DNA of 64,000 nucleotides from contig CM082588.2 in the NCBI GenBank assembly GCA_040954595.2, forward strand, positions 10,090,844-10,154,843, read 5' to 3'. A program made the translations under genes and the position numbers. Under the pieces are notes generated by a model, which was given only the letters and a program-made list of their open reading frames with translations, searched no databases and was not told the origin of the DNA. Origin of the DNA: Balanoglossus misakiensis. Taxonomy: Eukaryota; Animalia; Hemichordata. Of the stretch, positions 37,607 through 50,272 are shown piece by piece. Position 1 is the first letter of the stretch. Every line of letters begins with the position of its first letter.

Positions 37607-40537
37607 GTAAGATCAACACAATATAGAAATAATGCACGACGCCATGACCATTAATGTTTGTTTATGGGCAAGGGCGAGGGGAAAGCCAAAAATTCATGGG
37701 CGAGGCTTCCGAGCCCATTAATTTTAGCTTAGCTAGAGCCCGAGCCCTGCATTTATTTCCATTACATTACCAACAATCTCAAGAAAACCGTCAATATTTC
37801 TGAAAATGTCCCACACACAAGACTTGGGGCCCCGGAACTTGTGTTATGCAAAATGTTGTGTTCACTGAACTGTTTGCTAATATTACTATTCAGATTTACG
37901 GGCATGTAAACAAACCATTACTGGGTATTTGTGGTCAGTGATGTCGTTCATCTTGACCAATTAAAATGCGACGCACAGACCACGGTAATATAATATGTGG
38001 GCAACGAAAGGTCCTGTATCTGTAATTTTTGAATTTTTATTCAGTATTATTCTGGTTGTCAACGATCATTTCAGCTCGGTGAAGCTGGGTAAGCAATGTT
38101 GTTATTGTTTAAACATTGTATTCAAGCCTGTGTCTGGACTTGGATGCAATTTGTCAATAATAACAGTGATTGGTAACTGCATGTTTACATAACTGGCTAT
38201 CTGTTAAAGAGACCATTTGCTGTGTGTACAGTACACATGCCATTGGCCGCTTATGGGTCAGCCAGTGTTTGCCTGTTAATCTCTCGATGTGTGTTATTCT
38301 GTCTGTACAGTCAGATCGCACGGTACTCATTAACATATGTTAATGAGGGAAAGTACTTCAAACCATGTAGCTGTTAGAGTGGGCCCCGCTGAAGGGTCGC
38401 AAAATAGGCCATTTTTTACGCGACATTATAGAGCTGATTTCAGGCGAGGAGGACTGTGTACAAAATTGAGTATAGACAACTCAGGTTTTAAAGGATGTTT
38501 CATCATTTCCACTGTGTCAACGTCACTACATCCTTGCTATGAGAAAAAGCCATCCCTTGTGTACTTCGTGCTTATCACGGGCAAACAATTTGTTTAAAAT
38601 CCCTGATTTTGAAATGGTGCAAACATTTCACCAACAAACTAACACACCATTTGCCCTTACTCAAGACAGCCTGATTTGTTTGAAATGTTATAAAACATTT
38701 GTTGCTTTAGCGGAAAAAGCCAGGTGTAGTATTCAACAAGGCTTAATTATGTCGAGTGATATAGCACTTGCTGAAGAAATTAAAAAATATGTCACAATGC
38801 TACAATAAAGGATGCAGCTGTGACGACGACTTGGTGAATTTTGCATGCTGGAAAACTGTTGTCTTTTTAGGAGAAGTGCTCCTCAGAAAACATGCCATTC
38901 TATTGTTTGATGTCAGGCAATATTTCAATGATTGTTTAGACAATGAATATCAGACTTTGCGACCCAATGTCAAGTTACAACGAGTGGAATTCCACAGAAA
39001 ACCTAATAGCTGGCTTATTCGGGAATTGCTATGTGTGTATTTTCCAATTCACCTTTCTGTTGTATCAAAAGTGAGTAGAAAGTTCTCCACCTTTTTGTAC
39101 CGAACAGGTTCAGATCTCACTATTGCCCTCCAAAATGCACTTGTCGAACATCCTCAGTATGTTGTGCAAGCTGAGAAACAGATAGAGAGGCTTGAAAAGC
39201 AAGTAAGAGACTTGAGTAAAGTTGACGTTGACTTTTTCAAAATGCTTGATTTGGTGGCTGTGAAATTAAATGCCAGCATTTATCAGCAATCTCAAGAATT
39301 CAGTAATTACTGCAAAACAAACAATGTTGATCTGAGTACACTTGATGTTGAATATATTGTCAGTGAGGTTGACCCTATGTTATGGAACACTGTTGTATAT
39401 TTAACGTTGAACAACAGTGAACGCAATAAATTAAAAAGCTCCAACTTTGTATGGAATAAACACAACTATGGATTTTATGACCGGCACTCTATGGAGAGTA
39501 GAGCATGATTCCTCAGGCGTTTCTTTTGTGTGTATGCTATTGTTCATTTGTTCTGATCATTGTACTTACCCATTGCATACTTACCTGGCTGACATTGTTG
39601 AAGGTTATAGTAAGTCATCTACTCTAGTGAAAATTCTAAATTGATTTGGTATTATTTGTTCTGGAGATACATTGCATAGATACATGTTGGGAGTGATCAA
39701 CAAAAGAACATCAGCTGATTTCACAGAGGAAAATATTGCAAATAATGCATTTTGTTTAACTTCCATTGACAATATTGATAAATCAGCTAAATATGCAGCT
39801 GTTAGAGCTGATCCAAAGGACAGAGGTTTCCACGGTACTTCTTATCGAATGGTCCAACCAAAATCAAAGTCAATTCTGAACAGTATTGATGATATTGTTT
39901 TTGGCAGTCATGACAAACATTCAACTGTCAAAGATTTTCAGCTAATCAACATTTATGGTGATGGAAGGTGCTTTTTCAGGAGCATCTCTGTGAGAAATGA
40001 TTTTGCATTACGAAATTGTGATCGTCTACTTAATGGACTCCCTTCTGACCCAATTTTAGCTGACCGAGAGAAAATATTCACAGACAAGTTAAGAGCAGAT
40101 ACAGTAGACATAATGCGTGCCAATCATATATACTTTGAAGGACATATATACACCAAGCAGAATGATATATTTGCAAGAGGTGATGGTGATGTGTTCTCCA
40201 AGACTGAGCCTGTCTGTCTCTTGTACACACCAGACAGGCCAGGTCAACCAGGCCATTATGATTTGCTTCTTAACAGGCAGTTAATTAAAAGAAAAGATAG
40301 TCTGGTGAGTGAAAATGCAAAGAATTCATTTGAACAGTGTCAGGAATTAAACAGTGGCTTTTGTTCACAAAATACAGTAGACTCTGAAATGAATAAAATT
40401 TTGGCCAATTTTCCTTGTGGAAATAATACTAAAATCATGGTTGACAGATCTATCTCAAAAAATACTGGTACAGGTTTGAGTGCACCTGTGAGTAAAGCCT
40501 GTACATTTACGGAGAAAAAATTCAATGATACTGTTCA

Positions 40538-42253
40538 TTTTTTTTTTTTTTTTTTATTTCCATTCATTTAATCTTACATGTATCATAAAGATAAATCGTG
40601 TTTTGATGAAATAAATAAATAAATAAATAAATAAAAAATAATACTATATAAAAAGAGATTCGCCAGGTACATTTGTTTAACAAAATAATTACATCTCAGA
40701 CGGAAGCAAGGATTTTCTTCCAATAATGGGTGAAATCTAGATTATTATTCCTTTTGAGTATTTGGTGCATAAATTGTAGATATCTGTAAAATATATCGAA
40801 ATTGGTTTTTGCTCTAATGCTGTTAATATCATGTTGTAAATGGACCCATGAAGCGAATACACAATACTTTGCAATAGTAATGACAATGTTTACAAATCTA
40901 TAAAGAGGATGACTGTACATAGTTTTGTAACCAAGAATAATAGTTTCTAAGTCGACCTCATGACATATGCCAAGTTTGCTGAGCAAAGCAGATAAACGCT
41001 GCCAAAAATCCCCTAAACGTTGACATTTTAAAAATAGATGCTCATAAGAATCAGTTACATTTCAAAGACAACATAGATCATTTTTACTAATTTTCCATCT
41101 TAAAAGATTGATGCCACATGGCAAAATGTTATGCATAATCTTAAAGTTAAATTCAGCAAGTTTCCTATCACAACACAATCCAGTCGTTTGGTTAACCCAT
41201 ATAGTTCTCCACTGTAGTGGAGTAGTCATGGTCAAACGACGATTCCATGTATTTTCACAATATGGACGAATAAAACGATTTTGCACAAAAATACTGTAAA
41301 AAATTTTGAAGTAAGGCGAGACAGATCATTAGGTAAAACAAAAACTTTTCCATTGACATGAAGAAAATTCTTTTCTCTACGCATCTGATGCAACTGAGTA
41401 CCTTTCAACACAGACTTCCATTCTCTGGGAATAAGATTCCGCAACTTCATCCATTCAACTATCCAATTTGACTTATTCTCGAGTTTTTGTAACAACAGTG
41501 TAGGTGGAAGAAAATCGCCGTTGGTATCGACAATGTCCTGGACATAGATAATATTTGAGTGAATCCAACCAGGGAAAAAAAGAGTCTTACCATTATCTGA
41601 AATGTTGACATTACCCCAGATAATTTGATTACGCACATCTAAATTACTGAGTTTGGAGAAAGTGACGCAACCACCTTTTGCACTATGCCAAGCTGAAATT
41701 ACTTGTTTATAGAAAAAGGGAATTCTCTCGAGAAATGGGAAACAGGAAATGTTGCTAAAATTGAAATGAAAAATAAGAAAATCTGGACCATAGTGCCCGA
41801 GCCAATGCAGTGGCAAGGCCTTCCATTTGGCAGAGGAATTGTCACATAATCTACGAACCCATGATGAACAAAAGGCGTCATGGATGGCAAAAATGTCAGG
41901 CATGTTTAGTCCCCCGCAATCATAAGGGGCAATGAGTGTGAGCCTTTTGATTTTGTCTGGCTTGTCATTCCACAGAAATTTGAAAATAAGACGGTTGATA
42001 TTCGTGAGCCACGTTTCAAAAGCACCAAGATTAAGCATAAGGTAGTAAATTGTGGGCAGTGCCAAAGACTTTAAAACCGTAATTTTGCCATAAAGGCTCA
42101 GCTTACGTCGTGACCAGATGTTGAGCACGCTTTTAAGCCTTTCAATTTTCTTTTCCCATTTCAAAAGTAGACATTTCAGTCGATCGTATCCAAAGAAAAC
42201 CCCAAGGGATTTTATAGGCTGTTGCTCCCACATAAAACCCCCAGGTTTATCAT
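40538..42253 (-). mobile_element. 5'-truncated L1/Tx1-clade LINE (ORF2 C-terminal part)
   Basis: IKSLGV..WSRRKLSLYGKITVLKSL..FLW..GGLNMPD and a C-terminal C..C..H..C knuckle. Poly(A) tail (T18 at 40538-40555). TSD ATGATACTGTTCA at 40525-40537 and 42254-42266. Confidence 0.92.
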
Positions 42254-42780
42254 ATGATACTGTTCATGATGATGTAGTATTTAATTAAACCACCTCTACT
42301 GAGACAACATCAACCACAGTCATCAATTTCGCTGTCAGATTTTGACATTAAACAAGAAGAAGCCATTGCTTGGTCAGAACTGTTTTCTGACGCATTCATT
42401 TTTGCTCTACAAAAAATACAATGCACAGAGCTGATATAGAAACAGTATTTGGGGATTTTAAATCAACATTAGCAACAACTGCTAACAGTAATGACAGTGA
42501 ATGCTCAAATGTCATTTATTTGGGCATATCAAGTGAACACGCAGACTCTATTGAAACTGTCCATAACATTATCAATAAGCTGTATATGTTACATTCAGAG
42601 TTGGTGTAAGAATAAAATACCTGGTTGTGGTTGGTGATGGGAAAACTTTCCATCACCTGATAAAGTTAAAAGACATGTATGGTGCAGATTTAGACTGGTT
42701 GCAGCCTTTTATCGGAGACTGGCATACTCTAAAAAATTACCAACCAGTCATCATGAAAATATTCTGGGATGCTGACTTAA

Positions 42781-43576
42781 GATGGGTCCCTGGGATCTTT
42801 TTGCTCGTTGCTATGGGCCTTTATAGGACATTACACCCCGATTTGGACTAAGCCGTTTTCAGAGTCTAACAAGGGGCTGGTAACTAGTTGAAAATCTGCA
42901 CGATTGTGTGCACACCCCATGTCCGAGTATGTTTACGGCAGCTACCGCCCGGCCATAGGCCGCCACGCTAATACGGCAAAGCAGCGGTCAGCGATAGCGT
43001 GCGCGTCCTGTAACCACAGTAACTGGATCGAACGCTAAAAATCTAATGTTTTGTACACAGAGATTTTGTACCGTTCACGAAAATCCCTAAGGCTTTTTTC
43101 ATAGGCCACGTACGCCAGTCAAATTTGACCTGCTTGTTGAGAACGTACTTCCGCACAGTGTGACGGATCGTTTTTTTCTGTTTTCGTCGTGCTAAGAAGC
43201 GATACCGGTGGAAGAGTGCGTCCAAAAACACCCAAAATCGATGACTTTTTCAGATGTGGTACGGGTATGCTGAAATCGTAGGATACAACGATAATATTCG
43301 AAAACAAAATCCGTCACGATCTTCCCTGGTTCAAGCAACTAATGAATACGTATCAAGTTCGTTTTTGAGGTCACGGAATAAAAAGCCTTAGGCTTTTGAA
43401 ATTTGACCTAGCTAATTTGCATATCAATGGCGTCAGGGGGCGCGCGCTCACAATCGTGCAGATTTTCAACTAGTTACCAGCCCCTTGTTAGACTCTGAAA
43501 ACGGCTTAGTCCAAATCGGGGTGTAATGTCCTATAAAGGCCCATAGCAACGAGCAAAAAGATCCTAGGGACCCATC
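42781..43576. mobile_element. 796-bp non-autonomous TIR element, Kolobok-like
   Basis: ~128-bp near-perfect TIRs starting GATGGGTCCC; TTAA TSD at 42777-42780 and 43577-43580. Removal restores ..WDADLKHLAG. Confidence 0.85.
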
Positions 43577-43910
43577 TTAAAACATCTGGCAGGGTTCAAT
43601 CATAAAGGGGGAACTTCGGAAACCCTAGTTCAGTGTACAAATTTCAAGCTAACTCATCGCTTCCCAACACAAATTTGGGAACGTATGTTTAGATGTCTTG
43701 TCAATTCCTTTTTGAATCAGAGGGGTGAAACCCATAATACCCAGCACTGTCCCTTAGATACAGAAACAGTCCAAAAATGTTTACTAGAAGCTGTCACAAA
43801 ATGTTTGGAATGTACTGAAGATAAAGCTGATCATATTGACAAAATTAATGGTGACCTTAAGGCTCAACTTACTGGCTTGCAAGAGGAATTTCAGATTTTT
43901 TGTGACAGAA

Positions 43911-44525
43911 CATAGTACGATATTTTACCCACAAGTCTCCGTTATTTGTATCATCGAAGGTTGCCCATTTAATAACTTTTTCTGTTTTAGATACTAACAA
44001 TGATATGAAGTACATATAAATCTATTTATTTTTATCTAGGAAAAGTACGTTGAGGAATTAGAATGTAAATTTCAAAATCAAAATTTAAAAGCCATAGAAA
44101 TCAAAGTATCAATGTACTGCAAATGTCACACTTTAGGGGAAACAAGCAATGACTAACTGAGGTGGCCAGTCTCTGTTGAAAGTTAACATGTAAATTTCCA
44201 TTGTTCTGTCAATAGAAAAAATCAATATCTTTTTGTTTGATTAAACAGGTTTTACAAGTGACCCTGTTTTACTCCAAACTTTTTTGTATGGCTGGCTATG
44301 CAATTGCTTGATTATTTTATAAAATTCGTATCTCCTCTCTCAATAATGCATAATTTTCTAAATCATTTGAAATGGTAATTGACAATAAGATTCACCTTAA
44401 AAGTAAGATCTCAAAATTTATATTAGTGGTGTACAATTCTCTCTACACATGTTAACTTTGCCTGGTTTGACTGAGTAAATGATTGTACAAATCAGAATGA
44501 ATCATGGGATATTTCACGTACTGTG
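43911..44525. mobile_element. 615-bp non-autonomous Transib-like element
   Basis: Ends CATAGTACG / CGTACTGTG; 5-bp TSD CAGAA at 43906-43910 and 44526-44530. Removal restores ..FCDRRANTDKTFKFW. Confidence 0.8.
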
Positions 44526-45111
44526 CAGAAGGGCAAATACAGACAAAACTTTCAAATTTTGGGTTAGATTTATAGAGGACGATTTGTTTGCATACATGTC
44601 TTTGTACATTGCAATAAGGTCAGGAAATTGGAACCTTCGAATATTGGCTTTGAAACAAATGAACCCACTGTTCCATGCATATGACCGATCCCTGTACTTG
44701 AGGTTAATTCCCAGACATCTCGCTGACCTTCTGAAGATGCCAAACTCTCTGTTGTTACATTTCAAAGCAGGTGGTTTTGTTTGCAATTTGTCAGGCTCAA
44801 CTTGGGTTAATGTAGCACTAGATGAAGCCCATGAAATGTGTGTCAATAAAGATGTTAAAGCTGCATTGCATACTTCTACAGGTGGGTTAATGGAGAGAAT
44901 AGCAATTTATTTACCCTATAGAGCTATGGCTGCCAAGAATCTAAAAGATCAGTTATTTCCTTTCCAAAATGAAACCCATAATTCAGTTAGCGTACATAAA
45001 ATAAATGAGTCAAACTGCAGGTTGTATATCAATTGTCTTGAAGGTGCTGATGTATTTTCACCACTTAATACCGCCAGGGAGCTAACTAATATATTTTCAG
45101 ATGACACAGCG

Positions 45112-46190
45112 AAAAATAGCGTCAAGGACACTGTGGTCCCATTTGAGGATTATGTAGAAACAGTGACACACCAGAATAAAAATTACAGGTGACATTGCAA
45201 GCAGATATGATCTTACGATATAGAAATATGGAATGTAAAAACATTAACAAGGAACATGCCCAAAAATTGACCAAAAATTGTCTGTACAAACACATATGAG
45301 AAGCAACTTCTTTCAGTCAGCCCTGGAACAGACAGACAGACAGACACACACACACACACACACACACACTGACCTGCCACTGGTAATTAAAAATTTAATA
45401 GCCCATGGTCTCTCTGACAGCTGGCTTATTGAAGTTATGTAAACATGTCTAAGTTGGGGGTAACGACTCCTTGTAAACAGTAACTTTCAAAACAACTGGA
45501 TAATTGGTTAAGGAGAAGATTTGCTAACCAAAAACAAAGAAACTTTCATAAAAACTCGCTAAATATTGAATATTTCTGATATCAGAATTGAATAAAAGTT
45601 GCACATATACATGTATGTGTTATGAAATTATATCCCAAATTTCAAAGCAATCAGAGAAAAAACAAATTTCAAAGCAATCAACAAGCAGTTTCACAAAAGA
45701 TATTTGTTCAAAAGTGGCAAAAACACAAAATTGTACAATACCTTACCTCAATCACTACAAGGAACATGCTGCCAAAGTTCTATGCAATATGACAAACAGT
45801 TTCAGGAAAACAATTTTTGACAAAAATTGCAAAAGTTTCCCCGATAACACATTTATGAAAATATCACATTTTTTACAACATATTACTTGACTTACACCTA
45901 CGAACATGCCTACCAAATTGCAAAGCAATCTGGCATGCGGTTTTAAAGAAAAATAAATTGACCAAAAATGGCAAATATTGCTCAAAATTATAAATATGCA
46001 AATTTTGCAACAATTTGAACAAAACTATGGTTACTCAGACAACCATTAGGAAGCTTCATGCTAAATTTCAAAGAAGTAAGCCCATCACTTTCAGAAATGA
46101 AGACTTTTTACTAATAACATGGAAAAATACAAAAAAATGCATAAAAAATAGGTAATCAATAATATTAGCTCAAAACATACATCAATTGTA
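45112..46190 (+). mobile_element. Unclassified interspersed repeat inserted in the Academ ORF, with a (CAGA)n(CA)n microsatellite
   Basis: Head AAAAATAGCGTCAAGGACAC also occurs at ~50440 (+) and ~49320-49338 (-). The body resembles the reverse complement of repeats at ~59440-60900 and ~63070-63540. Confidence 0.55.
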
Positions 46191-47779
46191 AGCCAAACAA
46201 GAGAAAACTAGTGAACTTCTTGTCAGCCACATCTTTAAAAATAATTGTGCCGGCTCTGCAAGGTGATCAGGTCCTCATTACAGCAGGTGGCTTTGATGGA
46301 GAAAATAGGGACAAGAATCTTTTCGTTGGTAGTAATGGAATTGTGTCTGAGTGGGAAGCCAAAAGTTGTCATGAAGAAGCTGACAGTAGATGCATCCTTC
46401 ATGCAGTTCAGTCCTCTTACAAGAAAGGTGTTATTTACTCCCCTGATACCGATACTTATCATGTTCTCCTCCCAGTACTATATCAACATGTTCAAAAGGA
46501 GATATTTGTACAACTTGATAATGATTTATCAAATCTCACTTATTTAGACATGAATCAATTCAAATCAGATTTAAATTTAGACCCTGATTTGCAACATATT
46601 CCCCTCCAATATTTAGGCAAAATATTTCAAACACTGTTCATATGCACAGGTTGTGACTATACTTTGCAGGCATCGGAAGGAAATCTTTCTACAAGACATT
46701 TTTTCAATACTCTGAATTTATAACTAGTGGCACCCTTATACCTGGAACACTGATAGACACAACAGTAGACAGTGTAGGGAATGGAATTTTCGCTTTCATA
46801 CGTTTAAAAGGTAGTGTTTATGTTAAGAAACATTTCCAAGCATTTGATGCATCTCATCCTTTTGAACTTTATCGACAAGTAGCCAGTGTCACTAACAGTC
46901 TTAAAGATAACCACATCAAATGGCTTACATATATACGAGAAACAATTTGCCCACGTATCCAGTATGAGGAAGAATGTATCCCTTCCTTTGAAGCCCTACA
47001 ACTGCACTGGAAAAGATCATGCTGGGTCTCTCAGTTATGGTCCCAGGCCGATCAGTGCCATGTTACGTTTCCCTTATTCAATAATTATGGATACAGACTA
47101 AGCAACGGCGAACTTGATATTATTTAGGACAGTGATGCCAATTTAGAAAAAGTGAAAAATAATTTGGAGTTGCTAACAAAAGGGTGTGGCTGCAAAAAGA
47201 TGCCAACTTGTAATAGCAGATGTTGTAAATGTTATAAGACCCACAATGGTTGTGGCCCTGCGTGTCGATGTAATGACTGCAGTAATCCACATAATGGGAA
47301 TCCTGGATTCTGTACCACATCGAAAAAGTATGGGGTATGCCCAAAATATACAGATAAGTCACCACTATTAGAATCACCATCACCAATCACTGATACTGAA
47401 CATCATAATATGGAAAATAGCATTGATGCAATTTTACAGGAGTCACATGAATTTGACATTTTAAGAGAAGAAGAGGGAAATATTTACGAGACTGATTCTG
47501 ACTTTGACGAACTGACTGATGAATATAACTGGACGGAAGAAAAACAAACTGATTATTCAAAGAATGGTGATTGTGATTCCAATGATGGTGACTGTGATGA
47601 CATTTAATGAATCATCAAAGAAATTGATTTGGTCTTTTGGGGGTTGCAGCCCTGTTGTGGTTTCAGTCATACCTTTTCAATCGCACCCAGTGTGTATGTG
47701 TTAATTTCAGACATGGTTACTATAACCGTGTTCCAAACAATCACCATTTTATCCGCTTGACACTGCGGTAACACAACGA

Positions 47780-48465
47780 TCACTTCTTTGTCCTCTACTT
47801 TTTAATATGTACACTTCTCCATTAGGGAAATTAGTTTCTAGTCATGGATGCCTGTATATAGCTTTTATGCAGATGGCTCTTCATTGTCTTTTACCAACGA
47901 GAATGCTCCCAGAATGCTTTATGCGGTACTGGATGTCTGAAAATGTCTTGTGTTTAAATAACGATAAGACTGAATTTGTTATTTTTTCTGCTACTTCGGG
48001 TAATCTATCTGCCAGAGGGATTACAGAAATTCATGTGATGCTCTGAAACCTGTTCATTGTCTGACAATGATTGCACAGATCTGCCATTCAGTCGCTTTTC
48101 ATTTGCAGCATATTGCACTTGTCTGTAAATATTTATCTCAAGCCGCCACAGAGCAATAAAGTTCCTGCTTTTGTTGCATTTCGAATAGATTTGTGTAATT
48201 CACTTTTATTTGGGCTCCCTAAGTACGAGATCAGTCGTATTCAAGTTCAAAATATTGCTGCTAGTTCCAAAATCACCTTTTACATCAATGCAATTTCAGT
48301 TGCATTGGTTACCTGTGTCTGATCGTATTGTTTTCAAGATGTTATTTCTTATTTTTGAATTCATTCATAGACTTGGACCATCATATCTGTCTGATATGAT
48401 CAAATTATATGTTCCAAATCGAAACTTGAAGTCAGCTGATCAGCTCAAACTCTGTCATGTTCAGC
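47780..48465 (+). mobile_element. Degenerate L2/CR1-group LINE reverse transcriptase 3' fragment
   Basis: YTSPLG, FYAD, WMSENVLCLNNDKTEF, RIDLCNSLLFGLP and LHWLPVSDRIVFK across frames. Confidence 0.85.
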
Positions 48466-49424
48466 CCAATGCAATGATGACAACAAAAGTCAAAACAAAA
48501 TTGCTTGCCTTCAGACACAAATATTTATTGCACATATCATCAGCGAATAAAGGGAAATGGTTTCGAAGTTACAGTTGGCATTTTGCATATTCGAAACATC
48601 TACTTATATCCCAGGCCATGATACGGAGAAAAAAAAATACACCAGCTGTGCTCCTCACACGTACGTAGTCATGTATGGTAAACCTGGCATTCTGTCCATA
48701 TGGGACCTACATTTGTAGGCGATTGATCGATGTTGTGTCGAAATCAGGCCAGTAATTAAGTTAAAACTTGGCTAATATGTTACCTTAGGGTGTTATCCAT
48801 TATCCAGTAACTGTTTTACTTAAGAATTGCCTTTCAAAGACTGTTTCCCCATGGTAAACTTATCGTTTCACGATCAATGCAACACTTCCTGTTACGCAAG
48901 CATTTCAAATTAATTTCTTTTCACGGATGTTGGGACCGATATTAGACCTCTCTATCAGGAAAGTTTGGTTACTTTCTGAGGTCGTTTTCAAATGATTTTT
49001 GACACGTTTGTGGACGTCTCTTTCGGGGTCACCAACATACCACCGAAAACACGTTAAAAACTTTTACTATTACCACAGATTTTCATAAAATTTACGTATG
49101 CAGTGAAAAATGGGAATCACTTTCGTAATTTATCCAGCTAACATGGTATTTTATTGCACAACAGAGCGTAAAAATCAAGTTGAAAATCACCTTGAAAACT
49201 GGCCTATTGCCGTCTGTTTGAAAGTTAACGGTCGCTCGCTTGATGAACTTTCATATGCAAATGAGCACCGTGCGATCTGACTGTGTATATGTACTCCGTG
49301 TAGACTGAATGGGACCACTGTGTCCTTGACGCAATTTTTTACACTTATCAGGTATATGTTGACTAACACAAGCCAAAATATCACCAACTCATCTGAGAAA
49401 TCTTATCCCAGGTCCTAAGGTTGT

Positions 49425-49838
49425 GAGATTAATAGAATCTCACACTCCCAAGGACTAGGGGTCATAATTCTGACATGAGTTGGGGATTTTATGTCCCACA
49501 CAAGCCGCAGGCGAGTGTGGGACAAAATATCCCTGACGAGTGTGGGAAATATGATCATAGGTCCTTTGTGTATGAGATTATATTTCTCACACGGGCACAA
49601 ATTAGCTAAATTCGTCTTAAAACATTGAATAAATGACTCTTGAATTGTCATCTGGCATGTAGTTTCTTTATCGTGTCATTGGATAACATTTAGCGCACGT
49701 TATTAAAAAACGCTTTGTCATCCAATCGGCGCTCGCGTCATATACAGCTTTCGATTCAGTGAGTGTGTGGGATTGATTTGTTCTCACACTCTGATCCCAC
49801 ACTCTCAGCATGCCAGGAGTGTGAGAATCTATTAAGAT
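49425..49838. mobile_element. Short non-autonomous element with inverted ends (possibly Crypton-like)
   Basis: TAATAGAATCTCACACTCC ... GGAGTGTGAGAATCTATTA; internal CCCACAC / GTGTGGG hairpin. Confidence 0.5.
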
Positions 49839-50152
49839 CTACGAGTTTGAAATCTTAGGTGAAGATTTTATCAATTTCACTGCCAACCATGTAGGGCATA
49901 CTGGGATATGTGTACATGCCAAAGCACAAACAGTTATGACCTGACAGCTCAGTTTGTAGATCATTTCTACAAATCCACAAAGAAACTCAAAGTTTAGAAA
50001 AGTCAGGCCTGTTAGAAATATTATAAATATCACTGTTAATACTAATTTCAAAGCCATGTGAATTTGTTCACTTTATGGAAATTTTTAAAGGAAGGGAGGA
50101 TTGGTATTGACTTGAATAATTACAACGGATGTTTTTTTCTCTCTATTTTCAG

Positions 50153-50272
50153 ATGTGAATGAGTGTTCAGATTCTGTTTGTGCTGGAGGTTTTCTCAATG
50201 CAGAGGGTGGATTCAGCTGTAGTTGTGGTGATGATGGTTTCTCTCTGAGTGCAGAGCATGTCAATTGTTTAG
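50153..50272 (+). pseudogene. Calcium-binding EGF exon, third Cys replaced by Phe
   Basis: (D)VNECSDSVCAGGFLNAEGGFSCSCGDDGFSLSAEHVNCL; 120 bp; AG/GT boundaries. Confidence 0.8.

Larger units (their letters stand above)
38539..47607 (+). pseudogene. Decayed AcademX-type transposase (DDE core, XPG/FEN-like nuclease, C-terminal Cys cluster) with embedded OTU domain; split by stops, frameshifts and four insertions
   Basis: SIDNID...FHGTS, VVGDGKTF, GDWHTLKNY, IAIRSGNW, VALDEAHEMCVNK; XPG-like HEEADSRCILHA, SPDTD and TGCDYT; terminal CGCKK..C..RCCKC....GCGPACRCNDCSN. Confidence 0.8.

Noticed and set aside
38375-38440. TAGAGTGGGCCCC as the Academ left TIR
   Set aside because: It fits a 5'-TAG start, but no matching right end was found after 47607, so element limits are not called.
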